Source: Candidatus Sumerlaeia bacterium (GTDB lineage: Bacteria > Sumerlaeota > Sumerlaeia > SLMS01 > JANRJK01). From it: DNA of 64,000 nt. The stretch lies in NCBI GenBank assembly GCA_033764015.1, contig JANRJK010000013.1, positions 352,001-416,000 of the forward strand. Reading direction: 5' to 3'. Of the stretch, positions 39,307 to 47,715 are shown piece after piece (positions within the stretch are counted from its first letter, which is position 1; each line of letters begins with the position of its first letter). Both the position numbers and the translations under genes were made by a program. A model generated the notes under the pieces. It saw only the letters and a program-made list of their open reading frames with translations. It made no database searches and was not told the origin of the DNA.

Positions 39307-40563
39307 ATGCCAAGCCCGCGCCCGTTGTCCGCCGCCTTCCTCGCTGTCGCGTTTCTGCTGCTCGCCGCGGCGGCTTCGGCGGGGCGCCTGCGCGATGTGC
39401 GCGCCGCGCAGCACCCGGGGTTCACCCGCCTCGTCTTCGAACTCGACGCGCCGGCGATGTACCGCATCACGGACCGCTCCCGCTCCGCGCGGGAGGTCCG
39501 CGTCGATCTCCTCGGCGGGGTCGACGGCGAGACGCTTCCCCTGCGCTTCGGCGACGGTTCCCACATCCTCTCCATGGCGCGCGGGGCGGAAGGCGAATTC
39601 CGCTTCGCCGTCGGCGGACCGGTCGAGGTCGCAGACGCGCTCTTGGACAATCCGCCGCGGATCGTCTTCGACTTCTTCCCCGCGGGCACCCGCCCCGCGG
39701 GACTCGTCACCGCGACCGAAAGCGTCCCCGTGCCACCGCTCGCGGCCGCGGCGGATTCGGCTGATCCAACACCGGCCCCGCCAACGTCTGTCCGCGCCTC
39801 AAGGGAGCGTCCTTCCGGCCCGAAGCGCCGCCTCATCGTTGTGATCGACCCGGGCCACGGCGGCCACCACAAGGGCGGCGGCGGGCGCATCGGCAGCCGG
39901 CAGCTCTGGGAAAAGGAAATCGTCCTCCCCATCGCCTTCATGATCGAGGACATCCTCAAGAAGGACGGTCGGTACGACGTGCGCCTAACGCGCAGGGACG
40001 ACCGCTACATCGGCCTCTTCGAGCGGACGCAGATCGCGGAGGGATTCCAGGGCGACCTCTTCGTCTCGCTGCACTGCAACGCGATCGAAGGCAACGCGAG
40101 CCGCCGGGCCAAGGCCCGCGGGATCGAGTTCTGGATCTGGAGCCCGCAGAGCAGCGGCACCGCAGCGTCGAAGGCGCTGGAGAAGCTGGAGAACACCGAG
40201 CCGGAGGGCACTCTTTCGCCCGCGCGCTCCATCCTCAACCAGATGATGACGGACGCCCTGGTCAGCCAGTCGCTCGAATCGAAGAACCTCGCGCAGGCGA
40301 TGGAGCGCGCCTTCCTGCGCGACGCCGACATCAAGCGCCACTACCGGGGCATCGACAGCGCGCGCTTCAAGGTGCTCGAGAACTACTCCATGCCATCCGT
40401 CCTCATCGAGTACGGCTTCATGACGCACCCGGACGAAGTGAAGCAGCTCGCCGACTCCGCCTACCAGCGGCGCATGGCCCGCCACACGGTCGACGCCATC
40501 ATCGCGTACCTGCAGGACCGCGAGCGACGCGAACTGGCGCAGACCGCCGACAGCGGGCGATAA
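39307..40563 (+). CDS. N-acetylmuramoyl-L-alanine amidase (AMIN + Amidase_3)
   Basis: Signal peptide, TRLVFEL and NPPRIVFD AMIN motifs, IDPGHGG, EKEI, SLHCN, LIEYGF. Confidence 0.92.
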   Translation: MPSPRPLSAAFLAVAFLLLAAAASAGRLRDVRAAQHPGFTRLVFELDAPAMYRITDRSRSAREVRVDLLGGVDGETLPLRFGDGSHILSMARGAEGEFRFAVGGPVEVADALLDNPPRIVFDFFPAGTRPAGLVTATESVPVPPLAAAADSADPTPAPPTSVRASRERPSGPKRRLIVVIDPGHGGHHKGGGGRIGSRQLWEKEIVLPIAFMIEDILKKDGRYDVRLTRRDDRYIGLFERTQIAEGFQGDLFVSLHCNAIEGNASRRAKARGIEFWIWSPQSSGTAASKALEKLENTEPEGTLSPARSILNQMMTDALVSQSLESKNLAQAMERAFLRDADIKRHYRGIDSARFKVLENYSMPSVLIEYGFMTHPDEVKQLADSAYQRRMARHTVDAIIAYLQDRERRELAQTADSGR

Positions 40564-40643
40564 CCGTTTTCGCTTGATCGGCGCCCGCCACCGCATCGAT
40601 GGTCGTATAGGAATTGCCAAGCATCGAATCCCAAGGCTCCCAT

Positions 40644-41648
40644 GTGAAGCTCCATCGACTGCGCGAAACCGGACTCAATGGCTTTTCCTACACTCTGGGA
40701 TTGAAGCGCAATCTCGGGGAGCCTTGGCAGATTCTAATCGAGCCTACGAACATTTGTAACTTCAAGTGCGTCTATTGCCCCCAAAGTGTTCCCGAAGAGC
40801 ACTTCCAGAATGGGAAGGGATTTCTCTCGCGGGAGGACTTCGCCCGGATCCTCGCTAAGATTTCGAAGCCATGGAAGAACAAGATTGTCAACCTTATCCG
40901 CGACGGCGAGCCAACCCTGCACCCTGATATCGTGGAGTTCGTGCGCATCGTCTCCTCGCACGGTCACCGCCCGCAGTTTTCCACGAACATGTCCCGCATG
41001 ACCTCCGAACTCGCCGCGGAGCTGATCGATGCAGGAATCTATTTGGTTAAGAGCGATTTCTCGCACGATAAGGAAGTGTACGAGCGACTGCGGGTCAAAG
41101 CGGTTTGGGAGAGAACCCGGGCTGGAATCCTTGCATTCCTTGAGGAGAACGCAAAGCGCGGTTATCCGGTGAAATTCCATCTGGTCGAGATGGGCACCTT
41201 TGGCCGCCCCGAGGAGGAGTATCCGATCCACCTCGCCAAGCTGCGCGACCTCCTAGGATCCCACGCCGACCATGTGGAGTCCTATCCCACGCACTTCCAC
41301 AACGCGTTGGGGGAGGCAAAGGAGGACCTCTCCCAAGCCGAACTATTCAAGAAGTCGTCCTATAACCTCTGCCACCATCCATGGCTCGATTTGGTGATCA
41401 ACTTCAAGGGCGAGGCCGTCGGCTGCTGCCGCGACCTTCGTAGCGAGTACGTGCTCGGAAACATCCTCGAGTGCGAGGATGTGGAGCGCGACATCTGGAA
41501 CGGTCCGCGCATGAAAGAGCTGCGCGACGCGTTGCTGAAGAAACACCCGGAGCAGGTGGAAATCTGCAACAAGTGCGATATCCCCTACGGCTCGTCCTAC
41601 GCTGGCAGCGGGAAGATGCAGAAGATCGTCAAGTTCCTGTTCGGCTGA
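40644..41648 (+). CDS. Radical SAM/SPASM-domain protein
   Basis: CNFKCVYC; SPASM/Twitch cysteines CHHPW...GCCRD...CNKC; start GTG 40644 or TTG 40614. Confidence 0.9.
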   Translation: MKLHRLRETGLNGFSYTLGLKRNLGEPWQILIEPTNICNFKCVYCPQSVPEEHFQNGKGFLSREDFARILAKISKPWKNKIVNLIRDGEPTLHPDIVEFVRIVSSHGHRPQFSTNMSRMTSELAAELIDAGIYLVKSDFSHDKEVYERLRVKAVWERTRAGILAFLEENAKRGYPVKFHLVEMGTFGRPEEEYPIHLAKLRDLLGSHADHVESYPTHFHNALGEAKEDLSQAELFKKSSYNLCHHPWLDLVINFKGEAVGCCRDLRSEYVLGNILECEDVERDIWNGPRMKELRDALLKKHPEQVEICNKCDIPYGSSYAGSGKMQKIVKFLFG

Positions 41649-41690
41649 TCGCGGGGGCGCGGCGCGATGGCCGCTCCCCCGCGATTCGAG

Positions 41691-42839
41691 CTACTTGCGG
41701 AACCAGGCGGGCTCGGCGGCCTGCTTGGTGCCGCCGGACACCGCTGTCATGACGAAGCCGCCCGGCGCGAGGAACTCGTAGGGGAACCCCAGCGTCGGCT
41801 TCGAGACCTCGTCGAGCTTCGCCGCCAGCTCCGCCGGGATGTCGAAGTCGAGCGCGGCGAGGTTGTCGTCGAGCTGCGCAAGGCTGGTGGCGCCGATAAT
41901 GGTGCTGGCGATGCCGCGGCGCTTCGTTGCCCAGTTGAGCGCAACCTGCGCGGGGGACTTCCCGAGCGCGCGCGCCACCGCGTGCAACGCGTCGATGATG
42001 GCCCAGTTGCGCTCGGAGATGAGCCTCGGGTGGTCGGCGCGGTTGTGCGTGAGGCGCCCCTTGCCGGAGTAGTCGTAGCCGCCGTCCTTGCGCGGCTTGC
42101 GCTCGTACTTGCCGGAGAGCAGTCCGCCCCCGAGCGGGCTCCACGGACAGATGCCGAGGCCGAACTCGAGCGCCGCGTCGACGTGCTCGCGCTCGATGTC
42201 GCGCGTGATGAGCGAGTACTCGAGCTGCAGCGCGCAAAGCGGCTCGAAGCCGCGCAGCTCCGCGTAGGTCTGGCCCTTCGCGAGGTACCAGGCGGGCGTG
42301 TCGGAGAAGCCGATGTGGCGCACCTTGCCGGAGCGCACCAGCGCGTCGAGCGTGCGCATCACCTCCTCCACCGGCGTCATGCCGTCGTACATGTGGAGCC
42401 AGTAGAGGTCGACGTAATCGGTCTGGAGGCGGCGCAGGGACGCCTCGAGGGACTCGATGATGTTCTTGCGCCCGTTGCCGCCCCCGTTCGGGTCGCCGGG
42501 GTGCATGCCGAGGGTGAACTTGGTGGCGAGGACGACCCGGTCGCGGTTCTTGGCGCCCTTCATGAACTTGCCGAGGAGCGTCTCGCTGGTGCCCTGGGTG
42601 TAGAAGTTCGCGGTGTCGACGAAGTTGCCGCCGGCGTCGAGGTAGCGGCGGTAGATCGCCTCGCTCTCCTTGTCGCTGTTCCCCCAGCCCCACTCCTTGC
42701 CGAAGGTCATGGTGCCCAGGCAAAGGGGCGAGACGCGCAGGCCGCTGCGGCCGAGGAGGTGGTACGCCTCGAGGCCCTTGGGTTTCGCGGGTGCGGACGG
42801 CTTCTTGGGGGCGGTCTTGGCGGCGCGCTTCGCGGCCAT
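41691..42839 (-). CDS. Aldo/keto reductase
   Basis: [56 protein letters not shown]. Confidence 0.93.
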   Translation of the reverse strand: MAAKRAAKTAPKKPSAPAKPKGLEAYHLLGRSGLRVSPLCLGTMTFGKEWGWGNSDKESEAIYRRYLDAGGNFVDTANFYTQGTSETLLGKFMKGAKNRDRVVLATKFTLGMHPGDPNGGGNGRKNIIESLEASLRRLQTDYVDLYWLHMYDGMTPVEEVMRTLDALVRSGKVRHIGFSDTPAWYLAKGQTYAELRGFEPLCALQLEYSLITRDIEREHVDAALEFGLGICPWSPLGGGLLSGKYERKPRKDGGYDYSGKGRLTHNRADHPRLISERNWAIIDALHAVARALGKSPAQVALNWATKRRGIASTIIGATSLAQLDDNLAALDFDIPAELAAKLDEVSKPTLGFPYEFLAPGGFVMTAVSGGTKQAAEPAWFRK

Positions 42840-43065
42840 GGTGGCTCCTCGCTTCGATAGAAGGTGTGGTGGCGCGAGTGTCTGTTCGTCCTTGCGCCCC
42901 GGGATGGAATCGTCCGTCGCGACGGCGCGGGGCAAGCGGCCTGCCGGTTTCCCCTTGCCGCACTCGCCGGATAGCCGCGAATCGGTTCGGTCCTGTCCTG
43001 CTAAGCGCCCTCGAGATTCAGTGCGCGGACCGGCCCAACACCCGCCCGGAGTCGAAACCCGTTCC

Positions 43066-43308
43066 ATGTCCAACATCGAAGACAAGGTCAAAGAGTGCAT
43101 CGTCAGCCAGCTCGGCGTGAACGAAGACGAGATCACGCCGGAGGCTGCGTTCATCGACGACCTCGGCGCCGACTCGCTCGACATCGTCGAACTCGTGATG
43201 GCGTTCGAGGAGAAGTTCGGCATCGAGATCCCCGACGAGGACACGGAGAAGATCCGCACCGTCGGCAACGCCATCTCGTACATCAAGTCGAAGCAGGGCG
43301 AATCCTGA
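43066..43308 (+). CDS. acpP: Acyl carrier protein
   Basis: [19 protein letters not shown]; upstream of fabF. Confidence 0.97.
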   Translation: MSNIEDKVKECIVSQLGVNEDEITPEAAFIDDLGADSLDIVELVMAFEEKFGIEIPDEDTEKIRTVGNAISYIKSKQGES

Positions 43309-43366
43309 CCCGCGCAACCGCACAGGGCGCGCCGCGCCCTCACCGCACAACCGAGGAGGCACGTCG

Positions 43367-44602
43367 TTGACTCGAGTCGTCGTCACCGGCATGGGGGTCA
43401 TCTCCCCCGTCGGCAACAACGTCGAGGCGTTCTGGGAAGCGCTTCTCGCCGGCAAGAGCGGCGCGGGGCCGATCACCCAGTTCGACCATTCGGCGCACAA
43501 GACCCACTTCGCCGCAGAGGTGAAGGGGTATGATCCGCTCGCCCACTTCGACGCGAAGGAGGTCCGCAGGCTCGACCGCCACCTCCAGTTCGCGCTCGTC
43601 AGCGCCGACGAGGCGATCAAGTCCTCCGGCCTGGACCTGTCGAAGACGGACCTCGACCACTTCGGTGTGGTCATGGGCAGCGGCATCGGCGGCCTCGACG
43701 TCCTCGAGGAGCAGCACCGCGTGATGATGGAAAAGGGGCCGGGACGCGTCTCGCCCCTCCTCGTCCCGCGCATGATCGTCAACATGATCTCGGGACAGAT
43801 CAGCATCAAGCACGGGCTCCGCGGGCCGAACACCAGCATTGTCACGGCCTGCACCACGGGTACGCACACGATCGGCGAAGCCTACAAGACCATCACCCGC
43901 GGCCACGCCCGCCTGATGGTCGCCGGCGGCAGCGAGGCGGCGATCACGCCGCTCAGCATCGCAGGCTTCGAGAACATGCGCGCCCTGTCGGGCCGCAACG
44001 ATTCGCCCGAAACCGCCTCGCGCCCCTTCACCGCGACCCGCGACGGATTCGTCATGGGAGAGGGCGCCGCCTGCCTTGTGCTCGAGGAGTACGAGCACGC
44101 CAAGGCGCGCGGCGCGAAGATGTGGTGCGAAGTGGTCGGCTACGGCTCCACCGCCGACGCCCACCACATGACGGCCCCGCATCCCGACGGCGAGGGCGCC
44201 GTCCGCGCCATGCGCATGGCCCTACGCGACGCCGGCATGGAGCCGCAGGAGATCGACCATATCAACGCCCACGGCACGTCGACGGACCTCAACGACAAGA
44301 TCGAAACGGCCGCCATCAAGCAGGTCTTCGGCGAGCGCGCCTACAAGATCGCCGTGAACTCGATCAAGTCGATGACGGGCCACCTGCTCGGCGCGGCCGG
44401 TTCCGTCGAGGGTGTCGCCTGCGCGCTCTCCCTCACGCACAACGTGGTGCCCCCCACCATCAACCATTACGATCCGGACCCGCTCTGCGACCTCGACTAC
44501 ACGCCGAACACGAAGCGCGAAATGCCCGTCAACGCGGTCATGAGCAACAGCTTCGGCTTCGGCGGCCACAACGGCGTCATCATCTTCTCGAAGGTGCGCT
44601 GA
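43367..44602 (+). CDS. fabF: Beta-ketoacyl-ACP synthase II
   Basis: TACTTG, NAHGTST, KSMTGHLLGAAG, SNSFGFGG; GAGGAGG RBS with TTG start. Confidence 0.96.
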   Translation: MTRVVVTGMGVISPVGNNVEAFWEALLAGKSGAGPITQFDHSAHKTHFAAEVKGYDPLAHFDAKEVRRLDRHLQFALVSADEAIKSSGLDLSKTDLDHFGVVMGSGIGGLDVLEEQHRVMMEKGPGRVSPLLVPRMIVNMISGQISIKHGLRGPNTSIVTACTTGTHTIGEAYKTITRGHARLMVAGGSEAAITPLSIAGFENMRALSGRNDSPETASRPFTATRDGFVMGEGAACLVLEEYEHAKARGAKMWCEVVGYGSTADAHHMTAPHPDGEGAVRAMRMALRDAGMEPQEIDHINAHGTSTDLNDKIETAAIKQVFGERAYKIAVNSIKSMTGHLLGAAGSVEGVACALSLTHNVVPPTINHYDPDPLCDLDYTPNTKREMPVNAVMSNSFGFGGHNGVIIFSKVR

Positions 44603-44619
44603 GGACCGCGCGCCGGCCC

Positions 44620-45360
44620 GTGGAAGAGAACCCAGGAAACCTGCCGGGCGGGGAAGAGCTGGCCGCTCTCCTCGCCCGGTTCCATTTGAGCGACAATCCC
44701 GCCGCCCATCCGCTCCTTCGCCAAGCCCTCACGCACCGCAGCCACGCGCTCGAACGCGGGGCCGCGGAGGACAACGAACGGCTCGAACTCCTGGGCGACT
44801 CCGTGGTCGCCCTCCTGGTCACGGAACGCCTCCTCGAACTGCATCCCGGCGAGTCGGAGGGCCAACTCAGCAAGCGGCGGCACACAGCCGTGAGCCGTCC
44901 GTGCCTTGGCGAACTCGCGCTCGCCCTGGGTGTCGGCGAACTCATGCTGCTCGGCGCCGGCGAGGAACGCGGCGGCGGACGCGCGAGGCCCTCCACCGTC
45001 GGCAGCACACTCGAAGCGCTCCTTGGCGCGCTGTACCTGGCGTACCCCTGGCCCGCGCTGCGCGTCGCGCTCCGGGAGAGCGTCGTCGAGCCGGCGCTCG
45101 CCATGTCGGGCACGCTCGACTTGGAGGACTTCAAGTCGCGGCTCCAGGAGTGGTGCCAGGCGCGCGGCCTCCCGCCGCCCGAGTATCCGGTGCTGCGAGA
45201 GGAGGGCCCCGACCACGAGCGCGTCTTCACCGTCGAGGCGCGCGTGGGCGGCGAGCGCCGCGGCGAGGGCTCCGGCACGCGCAAGCAGCTCGCCGAGCGC
45301 GCCGCGGCCCGCGAGGCGCTGCGGGCCCTCGGCGGGGAATTCTCCACAAGCAGCGGCTGA
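44620..45360 (+). CDS. rnc: Ribonuclease III
   Basis: ALTHRS, NERLELLGD, dsRBD DFKSRLQE...GPDHERVF; acpP-fabF-rnc synteny. Confidence 0.92.
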   Translation: MEENPGNLPGGEELAALLARFHLSDNPAAHPLLRQALTHRSHALERGAAEDNERLELLGDSVVALLVTERLLELHPGESEGQLSKRRHTAVSRPCLGELALALGVGELMLLGAGEERGGGRARPSTVGSTLEALLGALYLAYPWPALRVALRESVVEPALAMSGTLDLEDFKSRLQEWCQARGLPPPEYPVLREEGPDHERVFTVEARVGGERRGEGSGTRKQLAERAAAREALRALGGEFSTSSG

Positions 45361-45449
45361 TTCCGATTTCGCTCGCGTTCGTCCGCGGCGCTCCGCACGT
45401 TCGCCTGTATAGAACCGATTTCCGCATCCCGCAGGGGGTTCCAACACCC

Positions 45450-46397
45450 GTGAAGACCATTCTTGTGACCGGCGCCAACGGCATGCTGGGCAGCGACGTG
45501 CTACGCCGCCTCCAGCGCGAAGCCGGCGTCCGAGTCGTCCCCAGCACCGCAGACGACATGGACATCACCGACCTCGAGGCGGTGCGCGACTGCATGCACC
45601 GCCACCGCCCCACGCATGTCGTGCACTGCGCCGCGTACACGGCGGTCGACTCCGCCGAGCGCGAGCCGCTGCGCGCCTATATGGTCAACGCGGAGGGCAC
45701 GAAGAACCTCGCCTTCTTCTGCCGCGAACTCGACGCGGAGCTGCTGTACGTCTCCACCGACTACGTCTTCTCCGGCGCGAAGGGCTCGCCCTACCGCGAG
45801 GACGACGCCACCGGCCCGATCAACACCTACGGCAAGAGCAAGCTGCTCGGCGAACGCTACGCCGCGGTGCTCTGCGAGCGCCACAAGGTGATCCGCACGA
45901 GTTGGCTGAACGGCCTCGGGGGCGTGGTGCGGCGCAACTTCATCGAGACGATGCTCCGCCTGGCGGAGACCCGCCCCCAGCTCTCCGTCGTGGACGACCA
46001 GTTCGGTCGCCCGACCTTCACCTTCGACCTCGCGGAGGCCATCGCCACGCTCCTCTCCGTGAACAGCTACGGCGTGTTCCACGTCTCGAACGGCGGACAG
46101 TGCTCCTGGTACGAGTTCGCGCTCCGCATCTTCGAATGCGCGGGGAAGCAGGTCGACGTGCGCCCCATCCCCGGCGAGCAGTTCCGCTCCCTCGCGCGGC
46201 GCCCAGCCAACAGCGCGATGGAGAACACCCGCTTCCCCGCCATGGGCCTGGCGCCGCTGCCGCGCTGGGAGGACTCGCTGCGCGAGTACTTCCGCCTGCG
46301 GCGCGTGTACCTGCAGGAGGAGCGCGGCCGCGACGAGGGCTCGCCCGCCGGTGAACCCGCCACCGCCCCGTCGGCGGGGGAAGGCGCGGCGGAGTAG
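45450..46397 (+). CDS. rfbD: dTDP-4-dehydrorhamnose reductase
   Basis: TGANGMLG, AAYTAVD, STDYVF, YGKSK, DQFGRPT. Confidence 0.94.
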   Translation: MKTILVTGANGMLGSDVLRRLQREAGVRVVPSTADDMDITDLEAVRDCMHRHRPTHVVHCAAYTAVDSAEREPLRAYMVNAEGTKNLAFFCRELDAELLYVSTDYVFSGAKGSPYREDDATGPINTYGKSKLLGERYAAVLCERHKVIRTSWLNGLGGVVRRNFIETMLRLAETRPQLSVVDDQFGRPTFTFDLAEAIATLLSVNSYGVFHVSNGGQCSWYEFALRIFECAGKQVDVRPIPGEQFRSLARRPANSAMENTRFPAMGLAPLPRWEDSLREYFRLRRVYLQEERGRDEGSPAGEPATAPSAGEGAAE

Positions 46398-46681
46398 GTC
46401 CCGCAGCGTTTCTTGACATAGTCAACGACCACGCGGGCCTGGGGACCCTTCCCCGGGCCCGCCGCCGTTTCCGCCCCCCGGGGGCGGGGATAATGGCTTT
46501 TACCATCCGCCTGTCCCCACTCGTGGCCGCGCGGAGCCACCTCCCTGCCCGCGCCTGCGCGGCCTAAATCCTACAACTAATAGGCGGAATGGGCGCGGCT
46601 GTGGTGGAAGCGGTGGAAGTTTTTTCATTGGCGGCTGATTTGGTTTGGCTTACGATTCAACGCCGACATGTCGCCTACCGC

Positions 46682-46710
46682 TTGACACGCGTGATAAAAG
46701 GTTTGAGACT
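46682..46710 (+). promoter_or_regulatory. Putative sigma70 promoter for the pilin/GH13 locus
   Basis: Perfect TTGACA, 17-nt spacer, GAGACT (3/6 match to -10) in a relatively AT-rich intergenic region. Confidence 0.5.
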
Positions 46711-46863
46711 TCCCCCAATGTCGCACGAAAGGAACGCACCGCCACAGCGCCTTCCCGGTCCAGTTCCCGGACCAGTTGCCACGCAAGCCCTTAACCTGCT
46801 CCCAGCGCTAAAGCGGTTCCGTTCCGATCCAGCGACAATCCCGAACAGAAGGCTGTCACCCAC

Positions 46864-47574
46864 ATGAAGCGACAGGGATTTGATCCGAAGGCGTTCACGC
46901 TGATTGAACTCCTCATCGTGGTCGCCATCATCGCGATCCTCGCGGCGATCGCGGTCCCGAACTTCCTCGAGGCGCAGGTGCGCTCGAAGGTCTCGCGCGT
47001 CGTCTCCGACATGCGGAGCCTCCGCACCGGACTCGAAGCCTACCGCATCGACGCCAACAAGTACCCCGAGACGGACTTCGGCCCGTTCCGCAATCCGTCG
47101 GGCAAGGGCCTCCAGCGCCTCACCACCCCGATTTCCTACATGACCTCGGTTCCCACGTCGCCCTTCGACGAGACCAAGGTGGGCCAGCCGCAGACGGCAG
47201 GCCAGGAGAAGTTCTCCTTCCTCTTCAACCACGTCCTGTACGTCCGCGCGATCGGCGTCCCGGGCATCACGACGGCGCCCTCCATCGCGGGCTACGGCGA
47301 ATACGATAACGACTACGCCCTCGACCGCGTGACGTACCTGCGTGGCGCCGGCTCGCTGACCCCCGGCAACATCCAGTTCGCGACCCAAGGCTACTACGGC
47401 ATGAAGTCGGTCGGACCGGACAACGTGGACAACCGCCGCTCCGACATCGGCCAGTTCATCGCGGGCGCCAGCTTCCAGGACGCGCGCATCTACGACCCGA
47501 CGAACGGCACCGCGAGCGCCGGCGACATCGTCAACTGGCAGGACACCAGCATCCAGGCCTCGCAGCGCCAGTAA
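46864..47574 (+). CDS. Type IV pilin/T2SS GspG-like protein with prepilin N-terminal cleavage/methylation motif
   Basis: KA|FTLIELLIVVAIIAILAAIAVPNF; DMRSLRTGLEAYRID..YP; C-terminal SVGPD and YDPTNGT. Confidence 0.92.
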   Translation: MKRQGFDPKAFTLIELLIVVAIIAILAAIAVPNFLEAQVRSKVSRVVSDMRSLRTGLEAYRIDANKYPETDFGPFRNPSGKGLQRLTTPISYMTSVPTSPFDETKVGQPQTAGQEKFSFLFNHVLYVRAIGVPGITTAPSIAGYGEYDNDYALDRVTYLRGAGSLTPGNIQFATQGYYGMKSVGPDNVDNRRSDIGQFIAGASFQDARIYDPTNGTASAGDIVNWQDTSIQASQRQ

Positions 47575-47715
47575 CCCGGCGCGGAGCGCGGTCGGTTTCT
47601 AACGGGCTGGCCCGGGTTGCGGCCGGGCCAGCCTCACACGAACCCCGGAACCCGGTCCCGGAACCCACCACCCTCAACCCCAACCACGCAAGATTCCCAC
47701 GAGGAGCTTCCTCTC

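Noticed and set aside
43066..44602. ACP plus ketosynthase as a type II PKS cluster
   Set aside because: acpP-fabF-rnc is standard fatty-acid synthesis synteny, with no chain-length factor or cyclase.
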